Shown here piece after piece: positions 53,913-62,600 of a DNA stretch of 64,000 nucleotides. The notes beneath the pieces were generated by a model. The model was given only the letters and a program-made list of their open reading frames with translations, searched no databases and had not been told where the DNA came from. The first letter of the stretch is position 1; the number at the start of each line of letters is the position of its first letter. The stretch spans positions 4,672,001-4,736,000 of the forward strand of contig CP181291.1 of the NCBI GenBank assembly GCA_052279835.1, in the 5' to 3' direction. This DNA comes from Microcoleus sp. (GTDB lineage: Bacteria; Cyanobacteriota; Cyanobacteriia; Cyanobacteriales; Microcoleaceae). A program made the position numbers and the translations under genes.

Positions 53913-55046
53913 TTATTCAGTATCTCGCGGATCGCCCCATTTTGCCACTGCTCTTCTCGTGGCCAACTCCCTCCCAAGCTCCAAGGCCGATTTCATGCTG
54001 GAAGCATCCGCAATCCCTCTACCTACAATATCAAAAGCAGTGCCATGATCGGGGGATGTGCGGACAAAGGGTAAGCCAATTGTAGTGTTAACTGCTTTAT
54101 CAAAAGCCATTAATTTTACCGGAATCAAACCTTGGTCGTGGTACATTGCCAAATAAGCATCGTGAGTAGGTGCTGCTAAACCGTACCAAGCTTTACCGGG
54201 CTTTACCCAGAGGGTATCCGGTGGGATGGGCCCGTCTAACTGTACTTGCTCAAACCGATCGCGCTGAGTTTCCAACCAGGGTATCATCCAGTCTTGCTCT
54301 TCATTTCCCAGTTTCCCATTTTCGCCACTGTGAGGATTCAACCCAGAAACCGCTATTCTAGGTGTTTCGATCCCAAAATCTGCCCGCAAACACTGGATGA
54401 GCAATTCCAGTTTTTCGCTCAACAACTCTGGATTTAAAGCATCGGGGACTTGACGTAGAGAAATATGTGTGGTAGCGAGTAAAGTAATCAGCATCCAGTT
54501 GCTGTGGGGAGATTTGGCTGCAAACAGCATTCCGAAGCGTTTCGATCGCGCTTTTTCTGCCAGAAGTTCTGTTTGTCCTGGATAATTGTAATTAGCAGCC
54601 TGCCAGCAAGTTTTGGAAATCGGTCCTGTGACAATCGCCGAGAATTCACCGCTGAGGGTACGGGCGATGGCAGTTTCGAGATAGGCAAAGCTAGCAGCGC
54701 CGCTGGCTGCATTACCAACACCAGGGATAATTTCGCCCCACTTGCTGTCGGATGCGATCTCAATAATATTTAATGTGTCGGGATTTGCTAAGGCTAGGGA
54801 TGGATCTTGCGATCGCAATTTATCGTAAGTTTGCTGCAAAATTGTCCGAGAGCCGATCGTCCACACTCCACAAGCCTCTACGGGATCGGCCAAAGCCTTG
54901 AGAATCACTTCCGGCCCAATTCCGGCCGGATCTCCCAGAGTTACAGCTAGTTTCAATCCTCGATCGAGACTCAAGGCATTTTTCTCCAGAAATCTAGAAC
55001 ATTTTCCGCACTGAAATTTTAGCATTCCTGTAGCTCGTTGCCCCAA
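53913..55046 (-). CDS. pdxA: 4-hydroxythreonine-4-phosphate dehydrogenase (true start probably downstream)
   Basis: [35 protein letters not shown]. Confidence 0.95.
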   Translation of the reverse strand: MGQRATGMLKFQCGKCSRFLEKNALSLDRGLKLAVTLGDPAGIGPEVILKALADPVEACGVWTIGSRTILQQTYDKLRSQDPSLALANPDTLNIIEIASDSKWGEIIPGVGNAASGAASFAYLETAIARTLSGEFSAIVTGPISKTCWQAANYNYPGQTELLAEKARSKRFGMLFAAKSPHSNWMLITLLATTHISLRQVPDALNPELLSEKLELLIQCLRADFGIETPRIAVSGLNPHSGENGKLGNEEQDWMIPWLETQRDRFEQVQLDGPIPPDTLWVKPGKAWYGLAAPTHDAYLAMYHDQGLIPVKLMAFDKAVNTTIGLPFVRTSPDHGTAFDIVGRGIADASSMKSALELGRELATRRAVAKWGDPRDTE

Positions 55047-55094
55047 ATTATACTATCTTTATTGAATGCGATCGCCTAATTAGAGATATCAACC

Positions 55095-55199
55095 ATGAAT
55101 CCTGAAATTTTAAATGCAGCCTTGTTGTCATTTTCCCTAATTTTTGTGGGTATAGGCGGAGGCTTCCTCCTACTCAAACTCCAAGGCGGCGAAGAATAA
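55095..55199 (+). CDS. petM: Cytochrome b6f subunit PetM (absent from the ORF track)
   Basis: [34 protein letters not shown]; upstream of ycf39. Confidence 0.9.
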   Translation: MNPEILNAALLSFSLIFVGIGGGFLLLKLQGGEE

Positions 55200-55302
55200 G
55201 TTTTTGCACTTAGGACTCTGACTAGGGGACTCATCTACCCAGTTTGTACACACCTGAAAGCCAGCCCTCGGCAGTAGGTCTCAACGCCAAAATGAGAAAA
55301 AC

Positions 55303-55353
55303 TCAGGTTTTTGTTAAGTTTTTATAACAAATTTAACAAAAACCTGATACAAT
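55303..55353 (+). promoter_or_regulatory. Perfect 15-bp inverted repeat abutting a -10 box upstream of ycf39
   Basis: TCAGGTTTTTGTTAA-N15-TTAACAAAAACCTGA then TACAAT. Confidence 0.6.
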
Positions 55354-55389
55354 CCTATAGAAAGTTTAAGATTCATAATTAATCCCTAG

Positions 55390-56367
55390 ATGACTTTATT
55401 GATTTTAGGTGCCACCGGCACACTCGGCCGCCAAATAGCCCGCCGTGCCCTAGACGAGGGCTACCAGGTGCGTTGCCTAGTAAGAAGTTACAGAAAAGCT
55501 GCATTTTTGAAAGAATGGGGCGCCGAACTCGTACCCGGAAACCTTTGCCAGCCAGATAGCCTGACTTCAGCGCTATCTGGGGTAACAGCTATCATCGATG
55601 CAGCCACAGCTAGCGCTGCCGATTCTGTAAGCATCAAAAGAGTAGACTGGGACGGGAAAGTATCGCTGATTCAAGCAGCAGTTGCAGCAGGAGTCAAGCG
55701 TTACATCTTCTTTTCGTTTCTCGACGCTGAGAAATATCCCCAAGTCCCGTTATTGGAAATTAAGCGCTGTACCGAGCTATTTTTAGCAGAATCCGGTCTG
55801 GATTACACCATCTTGAGGCCCTGTGGATTTTTGCAAGGACTGCTCAGCCTATACGCCATGCCTATTTTAGATAGTCAGGGAGTTTGGTTGCCCAACAAGC
55901 CGTCAGCCCTGGCCTACATGAACACTCAGGATGTGGCGAAATTTGCAGTCCGAGCCCTTTCCGTTCCCGAAACTGAGAAAAAAAGCTTTCCTCTGGTGGG
56001 CCCTCGCGCTTGGGATGCAGAAGAAATTGTGCGCCTATGCGAACGCTTATCTGGCAAACAAGCCAAAATCACTCGCACCCCAGATGCTTTGTTGAAGGCT
56101 ACTCGTCAATTTGCTCAGTTCTTTCAGTGGAGTTGGAATATAGCTGACAGATTGGCTTTTTCCGAAGTTTTGGCAGCCGGAAAACCCTTGAAAGCTCCGA
56201 TGGATGAAGTTTACAGTGTCTTCGGAATAGACCCCAAAGAAACTACTACTTTGGAATCTTATCTGGAAGAATACTTTAGTCTGATTACCAAGAAGCTCAA
56301 GGAAATAGAGTACGAGCAGCTTAAAACTAAAAAACGGGGTAAACAAAAAATGCCTTTTACGTTTTAA
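55390..56367 (+). CDS. ycf39: Ycf39/HCF244 atypical SDR, PSII assembly factor
   Basis: GATGTLGRQI, FLKEWGAEL, VDWDGK, DRLAF. Confidence 0.9.
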   Translation: MTLLILGATGTLGRQIARRALDEGYQVRCLVRSYRKAAFLKEWGAELVPGNLCQPDSLTSALSGVTAIIDAATASAADSVSIKRVDWDGKVSLIQAAVAAGVKRYIFFSFLDAEKYPQVPLLEIKRCTELFLAESGLDYTILRPCGFLQGLLSLYAMPILDSQGVWLPNKPSALAYMNTQDVAKFAVRALSVPETEKKSFPLVGPRAWDAEEIVRLCERLSGKQAKITRTPDALLKATRQFAQFFQWSWNIADRLAFSEVLAAGKPLKAPMDEVYSVFGIDPKETTTLESYLEEYFSLITKKLKEIEYEQLKTKKRGKQKMPFTF

Positions 56368-56677
56368 TCAGCTTATACTCCATTTCTAGGACTCAAATTG
56401 CTGAGTTTTGGGATTAAATTTCGGTAATTTGTGGCGGTTCGATGCCGCCACAAGCTGCAAAATCTACGTGATTAAAAATTTCAAGATGGTAACAAGACGC
56501 GCCATATTAAAACTATATTCAACCCGAACTTTGGAACTCTCCAATTTATTAGACTCCGACCATATTTATTGTGGAACAGGCATCTTGCCTGTTCAAGATT
56601 GGCAATTCTTGCGATGTCTATCAAATAAAAAGGACGTATTTTTCGTCCTTGATGATAGTAGGGCGGGGTAGTCGATC

Positions 56678-57596
56678 GTGCCGAAAGCTGGGATTATATA
56701 TAACGACGTTAAACCTGTATCTTGTCGCATCGCCCAAGAGTTGAAAGCACAACTGACGGCGATCGGTTGGGATGTCTGTGCTGTTTCCGGTTCCGGGGGA
56801 ATTTTGGGGTATTCTAGTCCCGATCGCCCCATGTGCCACACTCCGATCGACCAACTCGTCCCCCCCGGTTTTGACAGCGACATGGAGTTTGCCGTGGTGT
56901 TGGGAGGCGACGGTACTGTACTTTCTGCATTTCGCCAAGTCGCTCCCATCGGAGTGCCACTGCTGACAGTCAATACCGGTCACATGGGTTTTTTGACCGA
57001 AACTTACCTTAACTTGCTGCCACAAGCTTTGGAGAAGGTGCTGGCTGGAGAATACGAAATCGAAGAAAGGTCAATGCTAGCAGTACGGTTGTTTCGCGAC
57101 AATGACTGCCTCTGGGAAGCGCTGTGTTTGAATGAAATGGTGCTGCACCGAGAACCGCTGACTTGTATGTGTCATTTTGAAGTGGCGATCGGGCAACACG
57201 CTTCTGTGGATATTGCCGCCGATGGAGTAATCATCTCCACTCCCACAGGATCTACAGCCTACGCCCTATCTGCTGGCGGCCCAGTGATTATTCCGGGAGT
57301 ACCCGTGTTGCAATTGCTACCTATTTGCCCGCATTCCATGGCGTCGCGGGCTTTGGTGTTTTCCAACACAGAACCAGTGAAGATTTTGCCAGCGAGTCCT
57401 AACCGTCTGGTTATGGTGGTAGACGGGAACGGCGGATGTTATGTTTTACCGGAGGATTGGGTGCAAGTAGAGCGCGCTCCCTATCAGGCGCGCTTCGTGA
57501 GGGTGCAACCTCCTGAATTTTTCCACGTTTTGCGGGAAAAATTGGGTTGGGGATTACCTCACATTGCTAAACCCAGTTTCTGTTGAGTTGCCATGA
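56678..57596 (+). CDS. nadK: NAD(+) kinase (paralog 2); extra T near the 3' end
   Basis: GGDGT, GHMGFL, LNE, TPTGST; removing one T at 57577-57579 gives the usual end AKPSSVELP*. Confidence 0.92.
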
Positions 57597-57642
57597 TAGT
57601 TGTTGTTGACACTCCCCCCCGGCGCGAATGCACGGGTTTTTT

Positions 57643-58003
57643 AGTGATATTAATTCCGGTAACACCGGAATAATATAGAGGAGACGGCAGTGCCGTGTCC
57701 CTACCCAAAGTAATATTGTAGGGACATGGCACTGCCCATTGGTGTCAACTTAAGGTACAACCAATAGTCCGGCAGGAGTTGAAACCCCTGCCTCAAAGCG
57801 CAAGTCCTCTCAAAGAGGACTGAAGAACTCATTAGTCCTCTTTGAGAGGACTTTAGCTATTAGACAGGGGTTGAAACCCCTGGCGGATTCGCGGGCTCAC
57901 AGACAGACTTGGCGGGCTTTCAGGCTTAAGTTGACACCAATGGGAACTGCCGTCTCCTAATTTGGTCTACTAATAATTCCGGTGCAACCGGAATTGATAT
58001 GAC
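57643..58003. repeat. Four-level nest of palindromic elements
   Basis: Outer ATTAATTCCGGT/ACCGGAATTGATAT ends; REP arms GGCA(G/C)TGCC; MITE 57737-57942 with perfect 18-bp TIR; inner cruciform 57769-57886. Confidence 0.8.
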
Positions 58004-58426
58004 TCATAAATTTGGCATGATTACCAAAATATTTTGGTTGCGGTGTTTGCGATAGATTTGAAAGTCGCTATCTAGGGTAAGCACGGAACTATCTTCATAG
58101 ATCTCGCTCATTTTGACTAAGCAGGCATCGGCTAGGGACATTGGCACGGATGCATAACGCTCCATTAGATTTTCAATTGCTTCTATTTCTTGATTGAGAA
58201 TAAAAGGAGTTTGAATATGTCCCTGTTTGATTAGTTTTAAGATTGTTGCTTGTCCATGATGGATTCTCTGGGCGAGAAAACAGGCTTCTGTGATTACAGG
58301 TTCGCAGGTAATGACGGGATCTGTAACTTGGGAAAGTTGGGAGACTGCCCAAGAGTGGAATTTATCTTTGGGCATCAGAAAGGCAATTAAAACTCCAGTA
58401 TCTAAAATAATGGGGTTACTCATCAT
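58004..58426 (-). CDS. PIN-domain (VapC-like) toxin
   Basis: ILDTGVL, VITEA, MSLADA, TLDSDF. Confidence 0.9.
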   Translation of the reverse strand: MMSNPIILDTGVLIAFLMPKDKFHSWAVSQLSQVTDPVITCEPVITEACFLAQRIHHGQATILKLIKQGHIQTPFILNQEIEAIENLMERYASVPMSLADACLVKMSEIYEDSSVLTLDSDFQIYRKHRNQNILVIMPNL

Positions 58427-58484
58427 TCTCCGAAGCCTTTTAGGTATTGGGAATTGTGGGAAAGATCTTCGAGATCGCTATCTA

Positions 58485-60150
58485 GGGCTTGCTGAATAAT
58501 CGATCGCACTTGACGTGGCATGGATTAAGAACTGGTGCGATCGACAGTCAGGTGCAAAAAAAACAGGTAAAATAGATCAAAACTCGTGCATCACCATCTG
58601 CGATCGTGTATCGAAAAGCTGAGCTTGCTCACCCCTCACCCTCCGACTTTGAACTCCCCTCATGTGGAAAGTTGTCAGCAGATAACCGTTGGGTAAAAAT
58701 GGCCCAAATAATCCCGTGGTCTGAATTTGAATCAGAATATGCGGCCAACTTCCCCACAGAAAAGGGGGCTCCTGCTAAATGCTTTAGGATGGCATTGGGG
58801 GCATTAATTATTAAAGAAAAATTAGGAATTAGCGATCGTGAAACAGTAGAACAGATCCGTGAAAACCCCTATCTGCAATACTTCATCGGTCAATCAAGCT
58901 ACAGCAACGAACTCGCATTTGACCCATCACTCTTAGTACACTTTCGGCAACGAATTAGTCCCAATCTAATTAATCAAGTGAACGAACGCATGGTCAAAAA
59001 AATGCGAGAACTCACGCCAGTCAAACCTGAAAAAAAAAAGGATCCGGACGCCAAAAATGAGTTATCCAATCGCGGCCAATTGATCGTAGATGCAACCTGC
59101 GCCCCAGCCGACATTAGTTATCCGACCGACTTAGGACTATTAAACAGAGCCAGAGTTCATACAGAAAAAATCCTAGACATTCTGTATAAACAAATTAAAG
59201 AAAACACCACTAAAAAACCAAGAACCTACCGTAATCTAGCGAGGAAAGACTACTTAGCAGTAGCCAAACAACGACGACCGACCAAAAACAAAAAAAGACA
59301 AGCAATTAAAAAACAACTTCAATACATAAAAAGAAACCTAGCTCATATTGAACAGCTAATCGATTCAGGTGCGAGCCTAGAAGCTCTGAATAAAAAGCAA
59401 TATAAAACCTTGTTAGTCCTGACAGAGGTCTATCGCCAACAGCAATGGTTATTTGACAATAATAAACAGAGTATTGAGGATAGAATAGTAAGTTTAAGCC
59501 AACCCCATATCCGTCCCATAGTCAGAGGAAAAGCAGGAAAAAGCGTAGAATTTGGAGCCAAAATATCAGCCAGTTGTTTTGAGGGATATGTATTTTTAGA
59601 CCGGATGAGCTGGGATAACTTTAACGAATCAGGGGACTTAAAAACACAAGTAGAAGCATATCATAAATTCACAGGGTATTATCCAGAGTCAGTTCATGCA
59701 GATCGCATTTACCGAAATCGGGAAAACCGAGCATGGTGTAAAGAAAAAGGCATTAGGCTGAGTGGGCCGCCATTAGGAAGACCGCCAGCAAATGTGAGTA
59801 AATCAAAAAAGAGGCAAGCGTTGGAAGATGAGAGGATTAGAAATGCCATTGAGGGCAAGTTTGGGCAAGGAAAACGAAGATTCGGTCTCAATCGAGTGAT
59901 GGCAAAACTTGATAATACATCTGGTACAGTTATTGCAATTACTTTTTTGGTAATGAACCTTGCTACCTGGTGGCGCCGGGTTTTTTGTGTGTTTTTATGT
60001 CTATTTGGAAAAAGAACACCTGTTTTTGGCTTGAATATAATCTACAATTATAACTGGGTGGAATCAATGCCGAAACAACTTATAGTTAACTCTGCTTGAA
60101 TATATCGATCGCTCCTGCTCTTGGTTGGCGATCGATTATTCAGCAAACCC
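58485..60150 (+). mobile_element. IS5-family insertion sequence (1666 bp)
   Basis: 23-bp IRs GGG(C/T)TTGCTGAATAATCGATCGC, flanking direct repeat TATCTA. Confidence 0.93.
58606..60099 (+). CDS. IS5-family DDE transposase
   Basis: ENPYLQYF, VDAT, VEFGAK, HADRIY, RNAIEGKFG. Confidence 0.93.
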   Translation: MYRKAELAHPSPSDFELPSCGKLSADNRWVKMAQIIPWSEFESEYAANFPTEKGAPAKCFRMALGALIIKEKLGISDRETVEQIRENPYLQYFIGQSSYSNELAFDPSLLVHFRQRISPNLINQVNERMVKKMRELTPVKPEKKKDPDAKNELSNRGQLIVDATCAPADISYPTDLGLLNRARVHTEKILDILYKQIKENTTKKPRTYRNLARKDYLAVAKQRRPTKNKKRQAIKKQLQYIKRNLAHIEQLIDSGASLEALNKKQYKTLLVLTEVYRQQQWLFDNNKQSIEDRIVSLSQPHIRPIVRGKAGKSVEFGAKISASCFEGYVFLDRMSWDNFNESGDLKTQVEAYHKFTGYYPESVHADRIYRNRENRAWCKEKGIRLSGPPLGRPPANVSKSKKRQALEDERIRNAIEGKFGQGKRRFGLNRVMAKLDNTSGTVIAITFLVMNLATWWRRVFCVFLCLFGKRTPVFGLNIIYNYNWVESMPKQLIVNSA

Positions 60151-60445
60151 TATCTAAACAACCAACAAACTCTTGGGCTGCTTGTGTAAAAGATATTTTC
60201 TGTGACTTTGTATCAATCGGCTCAAAGGTTTTTTTATTGGCTTGAAACTCAAGAAATTCGATATATTCAAAAATTTTTTCGAGTTGATTTGGGGGAAAAT
60301 GTTGGATTTTTTCGATTGCCATTTCTAGGGTTAACATGGGTTTCTCCTTGGTTGGTTTTGGTACTATTTTAACGATTTACACAAAAATCTTTTTTTTGGA
60401 TCTACTGGCTTGTTGCATGAGTGCGCGATCGAAGCGTATCTATAT

Positions 60446-60525
60446 GATTCTACCAATTTTCTGTAGGCCAAACTCGCGATCGAGCTTCCGAACCATCTCC
60501 AAGGTGAGCCAGCGTTTGCGAGATA
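60446..60525 (-). repeat. higA-like 3' remnant, copy 1
   Basis: Encodes LSRKRWLTLEMVRKLDREFG; matches 61596-61657 and 62195-62290. Confidence 0.75.
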
Positions 60526-60571
60526 GCGTTGGTACGCAGGAACATTTTTGGTTTAACATCCCACCCATTAC

Positions 60572-61513
60572 CTATTCCCCATTCCCTAAACCACGGCTGC
60601 GATCGAGAAAATCAGTAATCTCCTGATAAAAAGCCTGTCCCTTTCCCCTGCTGCTACTTGCAGTCACCAATAATCTTAAAACTTCCACAAGCGAACTAAT
60701 CGTAGCATCAAAAATCAATGCAAAAAGCTGGCTTAAATCATCTTGGTTTTGTTGCCCATATGCCAAAGCATCAATATAATCATTGCGGATTTGGTTGTCA
60801 ATCACCACAATCGGATAGCCTGCACGGATTAAGAGTAAATTCATTAATAATCTGGCGGTTCGACCATTCCCATCCCGAAAAGGATGGATAGAAACAAACC
60901 GATAATGAGCCATAGTCGCATATTCGACTGGATGGAGCCTTAAAGCAGATTCCGAGTTGAGCCAACTCGCAAAATCTCCCATTAATTGAGATAGTAAATA
61001 ATGGGGAGGATAACGATAGTTAGTTCCTGCGGCCATCACATCCAGAGTGCGATAACTACCCGCTTCCTCCGGGTTAATTTTGCGGAGAATAAGATTGTGA
61101 ATTTGCTTAATTTCCCATTCATTAATCTCCGTATCCCTTTGGGCTAAATTTTCAATATAATCGATCGCATCCTTATGCCCAATAACTTCTAAATGTTCGT
61201 CAAGGGTTTTGCCCCCAACAGTAATCCCCTTCGTTAAAACTAATTCCGTTTCACTTTGGGTTAAAGTATTACCCTCAATGGCATTTGAGTTATAAGTAAA
61301 GCGAACATCATAGAGTTTTTTGAGTTCGGCGACGAGGGTGGAATCGAAAGGTCTAAACCCATCTAGCCAAGCTTTTAGTTTATCGATTCGTTCTAATTTA
61401 AGCCGATAATTCATGATTAAATAGTTGTCGATCGAAGAGGTTAATGAAAATTCCTTTTGTTTACCTAAAGTAATTACCTTTTGAATGAATTTCTCGTATA
61501 GTTGAGTCTCCAT
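60572..61513 (-). CDS. Fic family protein with an intramolecular inhibitory motif (start may be MNYRLK)
   Basis: HPFRDGNGRTAR catalytic motif; SNAIEGN. Confidence 0.92.
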   Translation of the reverse strand: METQLYEKFIQKVITLGKQKEFSLTSSIDNYLIMNYRLKLERIDKLKAWLDGFRPFDSTLVAELKKLYDVRFTYNSNAIEGNTLTQSETELVLTKGITVGGKTLDEHLEVIGHKDAIDYIENLAQRDTEINEWEIKQIHNLILRKINPEEAGSYRTLDVMAAGTNYRYPPHYLLSQLMGDFASWLNSESALRLHPVEYATMAHYRFVSIHPFRDGNGRTARLLMNLLLIRAGYPIVVIDNQIRNDYIDALAYGQQNQDDLSQLFALIFDATISSLVEVLRLLVTASSSRGKGQAFYQEITDFLDRSRGLGNGE

Positions 61514-61595
61514 CTTTGAAAATACTCCCCCATTCCTTAAATTGCCAACTTTTCACAAAATCGCCCAATCAGGCGATCGTTCTTCGACCTTGTGC

Positions 61596-61690
61596 GATCC
61601 TACCAATTTTCTGTAGGTCAAACTCGCGATCGAGCTTCCGAATCATCTCCAAGGTGACTCTATTCCGTCCGTTCCACTGTGCTGTTAGCT
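61596..61690 (-). repeat. Half attC-like site fused to higA remnant copy 2
   Basis: Minus strand AGCTAAC...CGGACGGAATAGAG matches the first half of 62285-62370, then TCACCTTGGAGATG. Confidence 0.65.
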
Positions 61691-61902
61691 GGCTGGCTAC
61701 TACGCGATGCTTCTAATTTCTGCCGAATTGCGGCCTGAATTTTTGCGTCAAAATCGGGATCGCTTGGGCTTGCAATGATTGATTTCGGACGCTGACTGAA
61801 CCTGTCTAAATATGCCTGACAAGCAGCTCGATCTTGGCGATTTTCCAGAAAGTACCGTCTCAATTCGGCATCGCTCATAGCCTCAAAATTCACTTGGCTC
61901 AT
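61660..61902 (-). CDS. DUF6887-like small protein (putative TA partner)
   Basis: NFEAMSDAELRRYFLENR motif; coupled to the upstream gene. Confidence 0.75.
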   Translation of the reverse strand: MSQVNFEAMSDAELRRYFLENRQDRAACQAYLDRFSQRPKSIIASPSDPDFDAKIQAAIRQKLEASRSSQPANSTVERTE

Positions 61903-62087
61903 CAGAATACCTCCCCATTCGGTACAATTTCAAACTCAAGATCTTCACCATATCCAGCTAGAACGTATACGTTTCGAGTACGACGATCGATACAAACCAG
62001 ATGAATCGGTTGCAACATGATGAACGTCAACTGATAGCTGACGCGATATAAACTCTCTAACTGAGCAGTAGTTGGCATTTCGGTCAC
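61902..62087 (-). CDS. DUF6888-like small protein
   Basis: MPTxAQL, QPIHLVCIDRRT, YVLAG, IVPNG. Confidence 0.75.
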   Translation of the reverse strand: MTEMPTTAQLESLYRVSYQLTFIMLQPIHLVCIDRRTRNVYVLAGYGEDLEFEIVPNGEVF

Positions 62088-62194
62088 TCACTCCACCTAC
62101 TGCCTATTTTAACTGTTCCGAGTTCAAATGAACTCATCAGTTTACTTTACTGTTGTTGGAATGGCGTTCTATTGTGGTTAAGCGGGGGTTTGTG

Positions 62195-62290
62195 CTACTC
62201 ATAAGGCTTGATGAGAATCTTCGCCGGAATCCTTAATTCTCGATCGAGCTTCCGAATCATCTCCAAGGTGAGGCAGGGTTTATGAGATAA
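62195..62290 (-). pseudogene. 3' end of a HigA-like HTH antitoxin (copy 3, with stop codon)
   Basis: LSHKPCLTLEMIRKLDRELRIPAKILIKPYE*. Confidence 0.75.
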
Positions 62291-62370
62291 CGGCTAAAGT
62301 GAGCGGCGGCAGACAGGTTAGATCACCCACCGATAACCTCTGTTCCGTCCGCACCAACGCAGTGTTAGGC
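62285..62370 (-). other. attC-like integron cassette recombination site (86 bp)
   Basis: Minus strand begins GCCTAAC (RYYYAAC) 17 bp after a stop, ends GTTATCT; imperfect stem with bulged bases. Confidence 0.72.
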
Positions 62371-62387
62371 GGGCTTCAACAACTTAA

Positions 62388-62600
62388 CTAAAAACCCAAT
62401 AGAGCCTTTTGAACTTCTTCCGATGAGACTTCAACTAGATTTTCAGTCGTAACATCTTCGTACTGGTAACTCAACTCAATCTCTCCGTCAACAGCGCTTA
62501 CAAGCCTCAGTTGGAGGTAGGAAGACTGATTTGACCATACCTGCCCTTCAAGAACACCATAATTGTCTGTAAGTTTATTTTTGTAATAGGGTTTACTCAT
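62388..62600 (-). CDS. Hypothetical 70-aa acidic protein
   Basis: ATGA overlap with the upstream gene; followed by the attC-like site. Confidence 0.65.
   Translation of the reverse strand: MSKPYYKNKLTDNYGVLEGQVWSNQSSYLQLRLVSAVDGEIELSYQYEDVTTENLVEVSSEEVQKALLGF

Larger units (their letters stand above)
58423..60337 (-). pseudogene. Antitoxin (DUF2281-like, 80 aa) interrupted by the IS
   Basis: Removing the IS and one TATCTA gives ...EFVGCLDSDLEDLSHNSQYLKGFGE* with TGA overlapping the PIN start codons. Confidence 0.88.

Noticed and set aside
48585..57596. Recent duplication of NAD kinase
   Set aside because: The two proteins are divergent, and two NAD kinase types are normal in cyanobacteria
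59030..59039. Programmed frameshift at the A10 run in the transposase
   Set aside because: The ORF is continuous through the run as assembled; run length cannot be verified given the indel errors
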